This document shows positions 39,621 to 50,792 of a stretch of 64,000 bases of DNA, piece after piece. Source of the stretch: an uncultured Ignavibacteriaceae bacterium (GTDB taxonomy: Bacteria; Bacteroidota; Ignavibacteria; UBA10030); NCBI GenBank assembly GCA_964581115.1, contig CAZOMY010000001.1:105874-169873 (forward strand), in the 5' to 3' direction. Within the stretch, counting starts at the first letter, position 1, and each line of letters begins with the position of its first letter. Below the pieces are notes generated by a model. The model saw nothing but the letters and a program-made list of their open reading frames with translations, had not been told where the DNA came from and did no database searches. A program made the position numbers and the translations under genes.

Positions 39621-40222
39621 TCCTCGACATTCTTCTTGGGGGATGGCTCATCGTTGCGACCTTACTAGGCCTGCGCGATGGCGTCGTACGCAAGGCAGTA
39701 TCCGCCGTCATGACGATCGTCGCTTTGATCCTCAGTCAGGTCTTCATGCGCGATGCGGCTGACATTCTGGTCGAAAGCGCCGGGGTGGATCCATCGAATG
39801 CGCCCGTCCTTGGCTCGTTGACCGTCTTTCTCGGCCTCATGACGATCCAGTCCCTCGTATATCGGTTTGCAACAGGTCCGTACAAGATCGGCGGCATCGG
39901 CGATCGGGTCGCCGGTAGCATCATCGGCTTGTTTCAAGGTGTGCTCTTTCTGAGCGGATTTCTGTTCCTGATGGCCATCATCGGCTTTCCGTCAAAGTCG
40001 TTCAAGCGCGACTCGCGCATCTACAAGAGCGTCGTCAATATCGCCCCCCAGATCCTCGACGAGGTGATGACGTTGGGACCGGAGACGCTCGAACAACTCA
40101 GGGAATTGTCGTCGCCCGGCTCTGAGGCCCTCGAGAAGGAGCGTCCGTCCCCGGCCCCGCGCCGGGTTCCGGCAGCTTCCAACCGCACGATCGATTCGCT
40201 GAGAGCCGCCGCGCGCCGGTGA
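39617..40222 (+). CDS. cvpA: CvpA family membrane protein
   Basis: Four TM helices with a CvpA-like profile. Overlaps both neighbouring genes. Confidence 0.7.
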   Translation: MILDILLGGWLIVATLLGLRDGVVRKAVSAVMTIVALILSQVFMRDAADILVESAGVDPSNAPVLGSLTVFLGLMTIQSLVYRFATGPYKIGGIGDRVAGSIIGLFQGVLFLSGFLFLMAIIGFPSKSFKRDSRIYKSVVNIAPQILDEVMTLGPETLEQLRELSSPGSEALEKERPSPAPRRVPAASNRTIDSLRAAARR

Positions 40223-42597
40223 CCCCTCCGTCGCCTCCCTCGGACGATCCCCGCGTGGACCTCGCACTTCGAAAGCTCGAATTCCCGAAGGTCCTGGAAC
40301 GCATCGCCCATCATGCGATGTCGTCCCCCGGTCGCGACGCTGTCATGCGGATCGAGCCCCTGCACGATCTCACCACCATCCGGCGTTGTCTCGACGAGAC
40401 CAGTTCGGCGAAGGAGATCCTCGTCGAAGAGCATTCCGTTCCGCTCTCCAGCTTCCGCGATATCCGCCCCCATCTTCGGAAGACGCAGGTTGCGAATCAG
40501 GGTCTTGCCGCCGTCGAATTGCTTGACGTTGCGCTCGTGCTTCGTACCTCGCGAGAGATGCATCTCTTCCTGAAGCGTCGGAGCACCCGGCACAACTCTC
40601 TGGCCCGCTTCGTTCCCGCCCTGCTGCTCGATCGCGTCGTCGAGTACAACATCTCGGAGGCGATCGACGAACAAGGCATGGTGCGCGACGGAGCCAGTCA
40701 GGAGTTGCGTCGGCTCCGTCACGACATGGCCGCGACGCGCGACGGATTACACAAGCGTCTCGCTTCGATCCTCCGACGGGTGTCCGAACAGGAGTTCGCT
40801 CAGGACGAGATCATCACGACGCGCGACGGCCGTCTCGTCATTCCGATCAAAGCGGAGTTCAAAGGACGCGTTCCCGGCTTCGTCCATTCTTCTTCCGCGA
40901 GCGGCGCCACCGTCTTTGTTGAACCGACCGAAACGCTCGAATTGAACAACGCCTTGCGTGAGCTCCAACTCGCCGAGCAGCGTGAGATTCTCCGGATCCT
41001 GGCTGCGCTGACGGCCCAGGTCGCGGAAGTTCGTGAACCGCTGGAGCAGTCATACCATGCGTTGGTCGAGCTGGATGCCCTCTTTGCCAGCGCCCGGTAT
41101 TCGATCGAGGTCGTGGGTCTTGCCCCCGAGATGAGCGAAACGCCGCTCGTTCGCATTGAAGACGGTCGTCACCCGGTGCTCCTTCAACGTCACGCACGGG
41201 CAGACGTCGTGCCCTTGTCGGTCAGCCTTGGCGGACACGAGACTGCCCTGGTCATCACAGGGCCAAATGCCGGCGGCAAGACCGTGGCGCTGAAGACGAT
41301 CGGATTGTTGTGTGTATGCGCGGCTTGCGGACTGCACGTGCCGGCGGGATCTGGGACGGTCCTGCACCCGTTCCGACGGCTGTTTGTCGACATCGGCGAC
41401 GACCAATCGATCGAGCAGGACCTGAGCACGTTCAGCTCGCATCTCGTCCTTTTGCGAACGATCCTCGAAGGGGCGGACGAACATTCGCTGGTCCTGGTCG
41501 ACGAGATCGGTGCAGGCACGGACCCCGAAGAGGGAAGCGCCCTCGCCATGGCCGTGCTCGATGAATTGCGCGCTCGCCGAGCGCTATGCGTCGCAACGAC
41601 ACACCAGGGATCCCTGAAAGCGTTCGCTCACAGCACAGAAAGCATTGCGAACGGCTCGATGGAGTTCGACCCGTCTACGTTGCGACCGACCTTTCGATTT
41701 CGACCCGGGGTGCCCGGGAGCAGCTACGCATTGGAGCTGGCTGACAGGATCGGACTGCCGGCCGGGGTCCTTCAGCGGGCACGAGACCGCATGGGCTCGG
41801 AGAAGACCCGTCTGGAGTCGCTCTTGGTCGAACTCGACCGCCGCCGAAAGGAGATGACCGAGGCCCAAGACGTTCTGCGGCGTCGAACGGACGAGGCCGA
41901 ACGAAAAGCAGCCGACTTGACCGAGCGATTGAAGGCCCTGCGTGAAGAAACCAAAGCAGAGAAGGCCAGAGCCATCCGAGAGGCGCGCGAGATCGTCGCG
42001 AACGCGCGGAGAACGATCGAACAGGCCGTCCGCGACGTGCGCGAAAGCACCGGCGACCTGACAAAGATCAAGTCGGCACGCTCACAGGTGGATGCGCTGA
42101 AAGCAGAGCTGGAAGGGCGGGAACGGGAGATCGCTTCAACTATTCCGAACGAACACACAGACTTGCAACGGGGCGACCGGGTTCGATTGCGTGACGGAAG
42201 TTCGGAGGGAGAGATCGTCGAAGTCGACGGAGATCGTGCGACGGTGCTGGTGGGTTCGATGCGCCTTCGAATGGACCTTCGTCAGCTGGTCCGTATGACC
42301 GGCAAAAGCTCTTCCGCCTCAGGCGGCCCGGTCACGCCGTTCGAATGGCCATCGGCCTCTCCCGACGTGGACGTCCGCGGGCTGACGGGGGATGAGGCCA
42401 TCGCCCAAATCGAGCTGGCCCTTGAGCGTGCCGTGGTTGCCGGACTTCACCGCATTGACATCATCCATGGCAAAGGGACCGGCGCATTGCGCAAGCGTGT
42501 CACCGAGTATCTCAAAACCGCACCTCACATACGCTCGCATCGGCTTGCCGATTGGAATGAAGGCGGCGCTGGCGTAACGGTGGTAGAGTTGGACTGA
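40219..42597 (+). CDS. mutS2: Endonuclease MutS2
   Basis: Walker A GPNAGGKTVALKT, a coiled-coil region, and a C-terminal Smr domain. Confidence 0.9.
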   Translation: MTPPSPPSDDPRVDLALRKLEFPKVLERIAHHAMSSPGRDAVMRIEPLHDLTTIRRCLDETSSAKEILVEEHSVPLSSFRDIRPHLRKTQVANQGLAAVELLDVALVLRTSREMHLFLKRRSTRHNSLARFVPALLLDRVVEYNISEAIDEQGMVRDGASQELRRLRHDMAATRDGLHKRLASILRRVSEQEFAQDEIITTRDGRLVIPIKAEFKGRVPGFVHSSSASGATVFVEPTETLELNNALRELQLAEQREILRILAALTAQVAEVREPLEQSYHALVELDALFASARYSIEVVGLAPEMSETPLVRIEDGRHPVLLQRHARADVVPLSVSLGGHETALVITGPNAGGKTVALKTIGLLCVCAACGLHVPAGSGTVLHPFRRLFVDIGDDQSIEQDLSTFSSHLVLLRTILEGADEHSLVLVDEIGAGTDPEEGSALAMAVLDELRARRALCVATTHQGSLKAFAHSTESIANGSMEFDPSTLRPTFRFRPGVPGSSYALELADRIGLPAGVLQRARDRMGSEKTRLESLLVELDRRRKEMTEAQDVLRRRTDEAERKAADLTERLKALREETKAEKARAIREAREIVANARRTIEQAVRDVRESTGDLTKIKSARSQVDALKAELEGREREIASTIPNEHTDLQRGDRVRLRDGSSEGEIVEVDGDRATVLVGSMRLRMDLRQLVRMTGKSSSASGGPVTPFEWPSASPDVDVRGLTGDEAIAQIELALERAVVAGLHRIDIIHGKGTGALRKRVTEYLKTAPHIRSHRLADWNEGGAGVTVVELD

Positions 42598-44099
42598 TGA
42601 TGATCCGCCCCATTCGATCGGTGCTCGTGGCCAATCGCGGAGAGATCGCTTGCCGCGTGATCCGAACGTGTCGCGAGATGGGCATCCCGGCGGTGGCCAT
42701 CTGCTCTGACGTTGACCGCTCGTCGCTCCACGTTCGGATGGCCGACCGCGTCGTCGAGTTAGGCGGCTCGAAACCCTCGGAATCGTACCTGCGTATCGAC
42801 GCGGTGATCGAAGCGGCCCGTCGGGCGGGGGTCGATGCGATCCATCCTGGCTACGGCTTTCTATCGGAGAACCCGGCCTTCGCCGATGCTGTGGTGACCG
42901 CCGGTTTTCGTTTTGTCGGTCCGCCCGCCGCCGCTATCAGGGCCATGGGTGACAAGACGTCGGCACGTCAGCGGGCGCAATCGGCAGGCGTTCCGACCGT
43001 ACCGGGATCGATCGAGCCCTTGAGATCCGACGAGGAAGCACGGTCAGTCGCCGAGAGCATTGGATATCCTGTGTTGCTCAAGGCCGCTGCAGGGGGCGGC
43101 GGAAAGGGTATGCGCGTCGTTGAGACATCGCACGATCTGGGCGCATCGCTTCGTGCGGCGCGATCGGAGGCGGGGGGAGCGTTCGGTGATGATCGTGTGT
43201 ACATCGAGAAGTACATTTCACGTCCGCGACACGTTGAGATGCAGATCATCGCCGATGGACACGGCAACGCGGTCTTCCTGGGTGAACGCGAATGCTCGAT
43301 CCAACGACGACATCAAAAGGTCATCGAAGAGACCCCGTCGCCGGTCGTGACACCGGAGATGCGGCGCGCCATGGGAGAGGCGGCGGTGGCGTTGGTTCGA
43401 TCTGCAGGATATGTCAATGCCGGAACGATCGAATTCATCGTTGACCCCGACCGGCGATTCTACTTCTTAGAGATGAACACCAGGCTTCAAGTTGAGCATC
43501 CTGTCACCGAAATGGTGACGGGCCTCGACCTTGTGCGTGAGCAGATCCGGGTGGCCGAAGGTCATGAGCTCTCGTTCTCGCAGTCGCAAATCTCACCACG
43601 AGGTCACGCGATCGAATGCCGCATCTGCGCTGAGGACCCGGCCGATGACTTCTTTCCCTCGACGGGTCGGCTCAGGGCCGTAGAAATGCCTGCAGGGCCT
43701 TTTGTACGGATCGATAGCGGCGTGCAGGCAGGGGACGAGGTCTCGATGTTTTACGACCCGCTGTTGGCAAAACTGATCGTCTGGGGACGAGACAGGAAGG
43801 AGGCGATCGACCGTATGATGCGGGCACTCGACGAAATGGTGATCGTTGGAGTGAGCACGACGGTGCCGTTCTGCCGGGTCGTTCTGCGGGATGAGCAGTT
43901 CGCAAGGGGTTCATTTGATACACACTTCGTGGCCGAACGCTTTCGACCCGAAATGATGCATACGTTGACCTCGGCCGAAGTGATCGCAGCGGCCGTTGCC
44001 GTCGTTCTTCATCGCCGGGAGGGTCATGGAGAGGTCGCACGAAGCATGGTTGCACCTGAATCGACGAGCCGATGGACCCTTCTACGGTACGATCGCTAA
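42597..44099 (+). CDS. accC: Biotin carboxylase (AccC/PycA-type, ATP-grasp)
   Basis: SVLVANRGEIACRVIRT ... ATP-grasp region ... EMNTRLQVEHPVTE. 500 aa. Confidence 0.9.
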   Translation: MMIRPIRSVLVANRGEIACRVIRTCREMGIPAVAICSDVDRSSLHVRMADRVVELGGSKPSESYLRIDAVIEAARRAGVDAIHPGYGFLSENPAFADAVVTAGFRFVGPPAAAIRAMGDKTSARQRAQSAGVPTVPGSIEPLRSDEEARSVAESIGYPVLLKAAAGGGGKGMRVVETSHDLGASLRAARSEAGGAFGDDRVYIEKYISRPRHVEMQIIADGHGNAVFLGERECSIQRRHQKVIEETPSPVVTPEMRRAMGEAAVALVRSAGYVNAGTIEFIVDPDRRFYFLEMNTRLQVEHPVTEMVTGLDLVREQIRVAEGHELSFSQSQISPRGHAIECRICAEDPADDFFPSTGRLRAVEMPAGPFVRIDSGVQAGDEVSMFYDPLLAKLIVWGRDRKEAIDRMMRALDEMVIVGVSTTVPFCRVVLRDEQFARGSFDTHFVAERFRPEMMHTLTSAEVIAAAVAVVLHRREGHGEVARSMVAPESTSRWTLLRYDR

Positions 44100-44617
44100 G
44101 ACCCCACGAGTACGTGGTCGAGCTGAATGGGACTGTGGTCCGGGTGCATTGCCCACCCGGGGGGCCGCTGGAGGTTGACGGTCGTGTGGTAAGGGCACAA
44201 CTCGCGTCCTCCTCTGCCGGTCTTGGTCAGTTGGAACTGGAGGGCTTTCAGTACAGGGTCAACTTCGACCGAGAGGATGTTCGCGGTCGCGAATTTCACA
44301 TCGAGCTGAACGGACGCAGAATCGCAGGGACCATCGACGATCGCCGTTCCCTCCTTAGACTTCAGATGCGGGGGAGTGAGGATGCCGACCACGCTGTGGC
44401 GACCATCAAGGCCCCCATGCCGGGGCTTGTTCTCAAGATTCTGGTCAGCATTGGGCAGCGGGTGGAGAAGGGACAGGGTCTGCTTGTGCTGGAAGCGATG
44501 AAGATGGAGAACGAAGTGCGATGCGATAGGGAAGCCACAATCGACTCGATCCATGTTTCGGAACGGGGACCTGTAGAGAAGGGCCAGACGCTGATCACGA
44601 TCCGAACGACTGCTTGA
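44072..44617 (+). CDS. Biotin carboxyl carrier (biotinyl domain) protein
   Basis: C-terminal biotinyl-lysine motif LVLEAMKMENEV. 181 aa. Overlaps accC by 28 nt. Confidence 0.75.
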   Translation: MDPSTVRSLRPHEYVVELNGTVVRVHCPPGGPLEVDGRVVRAQLASSSAGLGQLELEGFQYRVNFDREDVRGREFHIELNGRRIAGTIDDRRSLLRLQMRGSEDADHAVATIKAPMPGLVLKILVSIGQRVEKGQGLLVLEAMKMENEVRCDREATIDSIHVSERGPVEKGQTLITIRTTA

Positions 44618-44666
44618 ATACACTCTAAGACAATAAGCGCATTCAGTCATCTCAAATGGCATTATC

Positions 44667-46925
44667 ATGTCTTACTACAAGCCGATTATACGCCAAGAGC
44701 CAACCGTAGACGTTGCGTTGGCTAAGGATCATGGGCTGACGCCTGAAGAATATGAACGAATTCTCGGCATCCTCGGAAGAGTGCCGACGTATACAGAGCT
44801 CGGTATTTTCTCTGTAATGTGGAGCGAGCACTGCAGTTACAAGAATTCTATTGCCATGCTGAAGACCCTGCCTCGGAGCGGAGGTCGTCTGCTGGTGGCT
44901 GCCGGCGAGGAGAATGCAGGACTCGTTGACATAGGCGACGGCCTTGCTGTAGCTTTCAAGATCGAGAGTCACAACCATCCATCGGCTGTCGAACCGTATC
45001 AGGGTGCTGCAACAGGTGTCGGTGGCATTCTCAGGGACATCTTTTCAATGGGCGCGAGGCCGATCGCGGCTCTGAACTCTTTGCGGTTTGGCTCGCTCAA
45101 GGATGCCCGCACTCGCTACCTGTTCAAGCGAGTTGTGAAAGGGATTGGTGATTATGGTAATAGCTTTGGAGTTCCTACCGTTGCAGGTGAAGTGTATTTT
45201 GAAGACTGCTATGCACGCAATCCACTCGTCAATGCGATGGCCGTCGGCATCGTCGAGCACGGAGGGGTGGCAAAAGCCGTAGCGAAGGGGAAGGGGAATA
45301 GCGTGATGATCGTTGGGTCGTCAACCGGGCGTGACGGTATCCACGGTGCGACCTTTGCGTCAGAAGAGATCTCCGAAGCGTCTGAAGCAAGGCGGCCGGC
45401 GGTTCAGGTGGGCGACCCCTTTACGGAAAAACTTCTCCTTGAGGCGACGCTCGAGGCGATCAAGACGGGGTATGTGATCGGCGTTCAGGACATGGGGGCT
45501 GCTGGCATTACTTGCTCGACATCAGAGATGAGTGCAAAGGGGTCTTCGGGGATGAACGTGGATCTGGTCCATGTTCCATTACGCGAATCCGGAATGACGG
45601 CGTATGAGATCATGCTCTCAGAGTCCCAGGAGCGTATGCTCTTTGTCGTCGAGAAAGGACATGAAGTCGACGTTAACAAGATATTTGAAAAATGGGACTT
45701 ACATGCAGAGGTTATCGGTACGATAGAAGATGGCGCGACCCTCGAAGTTAGGGTCGATGGGCATACCGTTGCACGGATTCCCGCTGATACTCTCGTTCTC
45801 GGCGGCGGCGCGCCGGTGTACCATCGCGAGGCCCGTGAGCCATCGTACCTTGCTGAGACCCGATCGTTCGACGTGCGGTCGATCCCGGTTTCAGCAGATC
45901 TGAGCGGTGAACTTCGAGCATTGCTCGCAGATCCGAGCATTGCCAGCAAGCGCTGGGTTTACGAGCAGTACGACAGCATGGTCAGGACGAATAGCACTGT
46001 CACTTCGGATGGTGATTCGGCCATCGTCCGAATCAAGGGAACGTCAAAGGGCTTGGCGGTCAAGACCGACTGCAATGCACGCTATGTGTACTTGGATCCT
46101 CGTGTCGGTGCGCAGATCGCTGTAGCTGAATCAGCTCGGAACGTTGTATGCGTTGGAGCTATGCCTGTCGCGGTCACGAACTGTCTGAACTTCGGAAATC
46201 CGTACGACCCCGAGGTGTACTGGCAGTTCAAGGAGGCAGTGCTGGGCATCGGGGATGCCTGTCGTCATTTTGACACGCCTGTCACAGGCGGGAATGTCAG
46301 CTTTTACAACGAGAGCCCGGAGTCGGCTGTGTATCCGACCCCTGTGATCGGCATGCTAGGGATCATTGATGACATTGAGAAGGCCGTAAGGGGAAAGGTT
46401 GCATCGGAGGGATTGGACCTGGTGCTCATTGGCCGCTTGAGCGACGATCTCAGTGGCTCACAGTACCTCACTTCGAAGGTTGGCCGTCCCGTTGGGGGAT
46501 GTCCAGAGTTTGACCTTACCAATGAACGAAATGTACAGCTGGCTGTGCTTGAATCGATCGGGCATGGAATCGTAACGGCCGCACACGACGTCTCGGACGG
46601 CGGTCTGGCAGTCTGCCTAGCCGAGATGTTGATGAGCAGCCCGGAGCTTGGCCTTACGGTGAATCTGAATTCCCAAACCCTTGGGCGGATGGATGGAGTG
46701 CTTTTCGGCGAGGCGCAGTCGCGGGTCGTTCTGGCAGCTAAACCGGAGTCAGTTTCTCAAGTCGAGGCGATCGCGAAACATCGGGGGGTTCAGAGCTACC
46801 GCCTAGGGCGGGTTGATCGCAGTGGATTGCTGCAGACGAGCGACGGCTCACTACGGATCAGTCTAGAGGAGGCGAGGGGGATCTACGAATCGGCGATTCC
46901 GAATCTGTTGGCCGGCGAGCTGTAG
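44667..46925 (+). CDS. purL: Phosphoribosylformylglycinamidine synthase subunit PurL
   Basis: 752 aa with an FGAM synthase II profile ([29 protein letters not shown]). Confidence 0.95.
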   Translation: MSYYKPIIRQEPTVDVALAKDHGLTPEEYERILGILGRVPTYTELGIFSVMWSEHCSYKNSIAMLKTLPRSGGRLLVAAGEENAGLVDIGDGLAVAFKIESHNHPSAVEPYQGAATGVGGILRDIFSMGARPIAALNSLRFGSLKDARTRYLFKRVVKGIGDYGNSFGVPTVAGEVYFEDCYARNPLVNAMAVGIVEHGGVAKAVAKGKGNSVMIVGSSTGRDGIHGATFASEEISEASEARRPAVQVGDPFTEKLLLEATLEAIKTGYVIGVQDMGAAGITCSTSEMSAKGSSGMNVDLVHVPLRESGMTAYEIMLSESQERMLFVVEKGHEVDVNKIFEKWDLHAEVIGTIEDGATLEVRVDGHTVARIPADTLVLGGGAPVYHREAREPSYLAETRSFDVRSIPVSADLSGELRALLADPSIASKRWVYEQYDSMVRTNSTVTSDGDSAIVRIKGTSKGLAVKTDCNARYVYLDPRVGAQIAVAESARNVVCVGAMPVAVTNCLNFGNPYDPEVYWQFKEAVLGIGDACRHFDTPVTGGNVSFYNESPESAVYPTPVIGMLGIIDDIEKAVRGKVASEGLDLVLIGRLSDDLSGSQYLTSKVGRPVGGCPEFDLTNERNVQLAVLESIGHGIVTAAHDVSDGGLAVCLAEMLMSSPELGLTVNLNSQTLGRMDGVLFGEAQSRVVLAAKPESVSQVEAIAKHRGVQSYRLGRVDRSGLLQTSDGSLRISLEEARGIYESAIPNLLAGEL

Positions 46926-46961
46926 ATCGGTTCGCCCAGTCTCAATTTAACATAATATGGA

Positions 46962-47894
46962 TTATACGCCGAAGGCAGGGCGTGCGACTCGAAGGGCTGA
47001 AGACTTGATCTCGAGGATCACTTCCGTGGCCTCCTTGCAGAGCAACTCTCCGTCGGCATGAACTGGGAATGGCTTCTGCGAAGAGATCCTGGCCGTCCTC
47101 AGGAGACCCATCCGAACACCCGGACTCGTGACGTGGCCTCCGCTGATTGCTTTGATCAGCAACGGCAATAGACGAAGCTTCGCCATACTCTTCACCTCGC
47201 AGATGTCTACAAGGCCGTCATCTTGACGCGCGTCAGGCAGCACTTTGAATCCACCACCCTCGAACTTGCCGATGCCGAGACAGACCATAAACCCCTCAAG
47301 TCCCCTCGGCGCCTCGTCGTCCAGCTGAACGTCAAAATCCTGGGGCCGTGCGTCGATCAATGTCCAAAGGGCGCTTGTGAGATACAGCGGCAAGCCGCGG
47401 AGCATCGGCACGCGCTCGCGCCGAAAGGCCACCGCCGCGTCGTAGCCGATGCCAAGCGTATTGATCATCCATCGATGCAGCTCAATACGGCTAACCGATG
47501 ATCGTACCGTTACATATGCCGCATCCGCTGACTCTACAACTGAATCTCTGGCCAATGTTCGCGCGGCCGAGGGTGCATCCGACGGCATTTGCAAGAACCG
47601 GTTGAAGTCATTCCCGGAACCCCGCGGGACCAGCCCCAACACCGAAGACGTTCCGGCGATGCCCTGTGCGACCTCATGGGCCGTTCCATCACCACCGACG
47701 GCCGCAACGAGATCATGACGCTGAACCAAATCGCCAGCGATCTCTCCCGCCTCGGCCGGCCTCGATGTGCGAATGAGTTCATGAGGCAGGTCAATGGACT
47801 CCAGCGACCGTCGAATATCCGACTCCCAGCGCTCGACTCTTCGTCGTCCGGCAACTGGATTCAGGATGAAGCCGATACTTTTGGGCCTAAACAT
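46962..47894 (-). CDS. Diacylglycerol/lipid kinase family protein (YegS-like)
   Basis: FILNPVAGRRR...VAAVGGDGTAHEV...GLVPRGSGNDF are DAGK-catalytic motifs. Start placed at MFRPKS. Confidence 0.8.
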   Translation of the reverse strand: MFRPKSIGFILNPVAGRRRVERWESDIRRSLESIDLPHELIRTSRPAEAGEIAGDLVQRHDLVAAVGGDGTAHEVAQGIAGTSSVLGLVPRGSGNDFNRFLQMPSDAPSAARTLARDSVVESADAAYVTVRSSVSRIELHRWMINTLGIGYDAAVAFRRERVPMLRGLPLYLTSALWTLIDARPQDFDVQLDDEAPRGLEGFMVCLGIGKFEGGGFKVLPDARQDDGLVDICEVKSMAKLRLLPLLIKAISGGHVTSPGVRMGLLRTARISSQKPFPVHADGELLCKEATEVILEIKSSALRVARPAFGV

Positions 47895-48699
47895 GAACCG
47901 TTCCGCTGAAGGTTCGCACAGCAGGCCCCTCCAAGACGACATCTCGAAAACCTGATGCCGTTCTGTTGAACGAGACCCTGAGACGATCGCCCGAAGCGGC
48001 CACGACAGTCACCGGACTTCGCATTCCTTGGCGCAGCGAGGACACGATCGAGCACGCCACGGATCCGGTACCACAGGCCAAAGTCTCGGCTTCAACGCCG
48101 CGCTCATACGTGCGCATTTTTAAGATGTTCGACCCTGTTCGTTCAATGAAATTGACATTAACACCGAATGGACGGAATGCGCGATGGTGCCTGATCCACG
48201 GTCCAAGACTGGCAAGGTCCAATGCTTTCAGTCGCCCCTTCCTGACTTCGATAACGGCGTGGGGAGAGCCCGTATCGATGAAATCGGCGATGAAGGAATG
48301 AACTTTGCCGGAAAGTCGTATCGGGCCGCGGTATCCTACGGGATCCTTCATCCACAACCGCACTCGTGATGAGGAAATAACACTCGCAGTATAGATATGT
48401 CGGAGCGCCTCGAACTGGTGCGACCTCCCGGCGATACCATTCAAATATGCGTACATGGCGACGCACCGCCCGCCATTACCGCACATGCCGCCATCGCTCC
48501 CGTCGGCATTGTAGTACATCATCCGATAGGCCGCGCGATCGGTTCGCTCCACCAACAGCAGCCCATCGCCGCCAATACTCCGGTGCCGGTCGCAGAGTGC
48601 TCGGGCGAGCCGTCCTCGATTTCTCAGCACTCCGGTGCGATTGTCAATGATGACAAAGTCGTTGCCGGCTCCTTCGAACTTCTGAAATGCGATCTTCAT
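47887..48699 (-). CDS. dapF: Diaminopimelate epimerase
   Basis: FEGAGNDFVIID...GMCGNGGRC...LACGTGSVA carry the two catalytic Cys motifs. Confidence 0.9.
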   Translation of the reverse strand: MKIAFQKFEGAGNDFVIIDNRTGVLRNRGRLARALCDRHRSIGGDGLLLVERTDRAAYRMMYYNADGSDGGMCGNGGRCVAMYAYLNGIAGRSHQFEALRHIYTASVISSSRVRLWMKDPVGYRGPIRLSGKVHSFIADFIDTGSPHAVIEVRKGRLKALDLASLGPWIRHHRAFRPFGVNVNFIERTGSNILKMRTYERGVEAETLACGTGSVACSIVSSLRQGMRSPVTVVAASGDRLRVSFNRTASGFRDVVLEGPAVRTFSGTVHV

Positions 48700-50060
48700 G
48701 AGCCCTTAGGGACTTCGAAAGAGAACGTACTGCCAACGCCGATCCTGCTTTGCAGCATGATCTTAGCGCCGTGGGCTTCAACAATATGCTTAGCAATTGC
48801 GAGCCCCAGTCCAGTTCCTCCGGCTTCCCGCGATCGATCGGGGTCGACCCGATAGAAGCGCTCGAAGATCCTGCCCTGATGCTCGAGAGGGATCCCGGGA
48901 CCATTATCGGCGACCGATATCCGCACGGTCTTCTCCCCTTCCGTCGCTACAATGCTGATATGGGACCCCGGGGGGGAATACGCGATGGCGTTCTCGATCA
49001 GGTTCGACATGACCTGTGCCAACCGATCTCGGTCGCCCAGCACCTCGAGCTCCGGATAGTCCAGCTCGAGCGACTGCTGCTTCTGCTGCGCAGTATCGAG
49101 ATACGCCTCATAGGCCGGCTGTAAGAGGTCCTTGAGACGAAAATAGCGAAAACTCATCTTCATTTCCCCCGTCTCGATCCGGGAGATCTCGATCAGATCC
49201 TTCAGAAGGGCATCCAGGCGCTGTGCGTGCTTTTGCGCCTTTTCGACGAATGAACGGTTCACCCTCGCGTCTTCGATGCCTCCATCGAGCAACGTTTCCA
49301 AGTAACCCTTCAAGGCGAAAAGCGGCGTTCTGACCTCGTGAGAGACATTAGCCAAGAATTCGCTCCGCATCTTCTGAAGTCGTTCGATGCTGTCTCTTGT
49401 CTTGACGAGCGTTGCATGCGCGTGTTCAAGCTCCATCGAAAGTGACGAGAGCTCATCAACCATCCGAGTCCGCGCGAGAGCAGCGGAATCGTCATCGACA
49501 AGGACCGTGATCTGTCGTGTCAAGCTTCTTATGCGTGATCCTATGCGCGTGCCTACGACCCAGGTGACGGCGAGTATCCCCAGAATGAGTCCGGCCGTCG
49601 ACAGGATCAATCGGACCCGGATCTCCTCAAACGCGTGCGCTGTACTGCTTGCCGAGATGATAACGGCCGCCTGTTCGTCGGACTGGATGATGCCCTGCCA
49701 ACTCCGGGGAACGCGGTCAAGGCGGACGCCAACGACTGGCGTGTGAAGGAATTCAGAGGCATCGGGGATCCGGCCGCCAGCTTCGAGGGCCGTCCACGCT
49801 GACGGCTCCCACGGATTGAACGGCAACCTTGCAGTACCGTCGGGACGAAGCGCTACGATGGCCACACCCCGCAACTGAGGCTCATCCCCTGGCGACAATC
49901 GCACGGAGGAGAGTAGCGAGGATTGACGTTCGAGCCGCAGGCGGAGGTCGTTGACGAATTCGCGGCGGACGGCAGCAAGGACGAGGAGATCGACAACGAC
50001 GGCAAGAATGACCGCGGCAAGGAGGATCGGCAGGGCCAGCCGCGCACGCAACGAGATCAT
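48696..50060 (-). CDS. Sensor histidine kinase (PhoR-like architecture)
   Basis: N-terminal TM helices, a HisKA domain (SHEVRTPL) and an HATPase_c domain (GGTGLGLAIAK). Confidence 0.85.
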   Translation of the reverse strand: MISLRARLALPILLAAVILAVVVDLLVLAAVRREFVNDLRLRLERQSSLLSSVRLSPGDEPQLRGVAIVALRPDGTARLPFNPWEPSAWTALEAGGRIPDASEFLHTPVVGVRLDRVPRSWQGIIQSDEQAAVIISASSTAHAFEEIRVRLILSTAGLILGILAVTWVVGTRIGSRIRSLTRQITVLVDDDSAALARTRMVDELSSLSMELEHAHATLVKTRDSIERLQKMRSEFLANVSHEVRTPLFALKGYLETLLDGGIEDARVNRSFVEKAQKHAQRLDALLKDLIEISRIETGEMKMSFRYFRLKDLLQPAYEAYLDTAQQKQQSLELDYPELEVLGDRDRLAQVMSNLIENAIAYSPPGSHISIVATEGEKTVRISVADNGPGIPLEHQGRIFERFYRVDPDRSREAGGTGLGLAIAKHIVEAHGAKIMLQSRIGVGSTFSFEVPKGS

Positions 50061-50755
50061 GGAACGTCCCGGACGAACCGGTAGCCGACGCCCTTCACCG
50101 TCTCGATGAGGTCCGCATGCTTTCCAAGCTTTTCGCGGATCTTGCGGATGTGAACATCGACCGTTCGATCGACAACGAAGACATTACGGCCCCAGATCTC
50201 GTTGAGGAGGGTCTCGCGGGTAATGACGCGGTCGGGATGACGGACGAGGAACAGGAGGACCTCGAATTCCTTCTTCGGGAATGGTACCTCCTTGCCACCG
50301 ATCTCGACGGTGTAATTGGCGGCATGGACCCGGAATGTTCCGAGATCGTGGACGGCGGGAGTGGCATCCTCAGCCCCGCTGGATCGTCGCGCAAGAACCT
50401 TCTTGACCCGAGCGACGAGCGTTCGCATCCGGACGGGCTTCGTCAGGTAATCGTCGGCTCCCAATTCGAGGCCAAGGACTTCGTCGATCTCAGAATCGCG
50501 CGCGGTCAAGAAAATGACGGGAACGGTGGCGGTGGAGGGCTCTCGACGAAGAGCTTTGCAAACCTCCCATCCATCCATGCCGGGCATCATGACGTCCAAG
50601 ATGCAAAGGTCGGGCCGTCGCTCGAGAGCGGTCGTAATGGCCGCGTTGCCGTTTCTCGCTGTGACGACGACGTATCCCTCCTTCTCGAGGTTGTACGTCA
50701 GTAGGTCGAGGATGTCCTTCTCATCGTCGACAACGAGGATCGTGGCCGCCATACG
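50057..50755 (-). CDS. OmpR/PhoB-family response regulator
   Basis: Receiver domain (ILVVDDEKDI...D...LTA) plus a winged-helix output domain (VGYRF). Start placed at MAATILVV. Confidence 0.85.
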   Translation of the reverse strand, partial: RMAATILVVDDEKDILDLLTYNLEKEGYVVVTARNGNAAITTALERRPDLCILDVMMPGMDGWEVCKALRREPSTATVPVIFLTARDSEIDEVLGLELGADDYLTKPVRMRTLVARVKKVLARRSSGAEDATPAVHDLGTFRVHAANYTVEIGGKEVPFPKKEFEVLLFLVRHPDRVITRETLLNEIWGRNVFVVDRTVDVHIRKIREKLGKHADLIETVKGVGYRFVRDVP

Positions 50756-50792
50756 GGAAGAGGTGTGGCTGGATGTCACTGGGTGATGCGTG

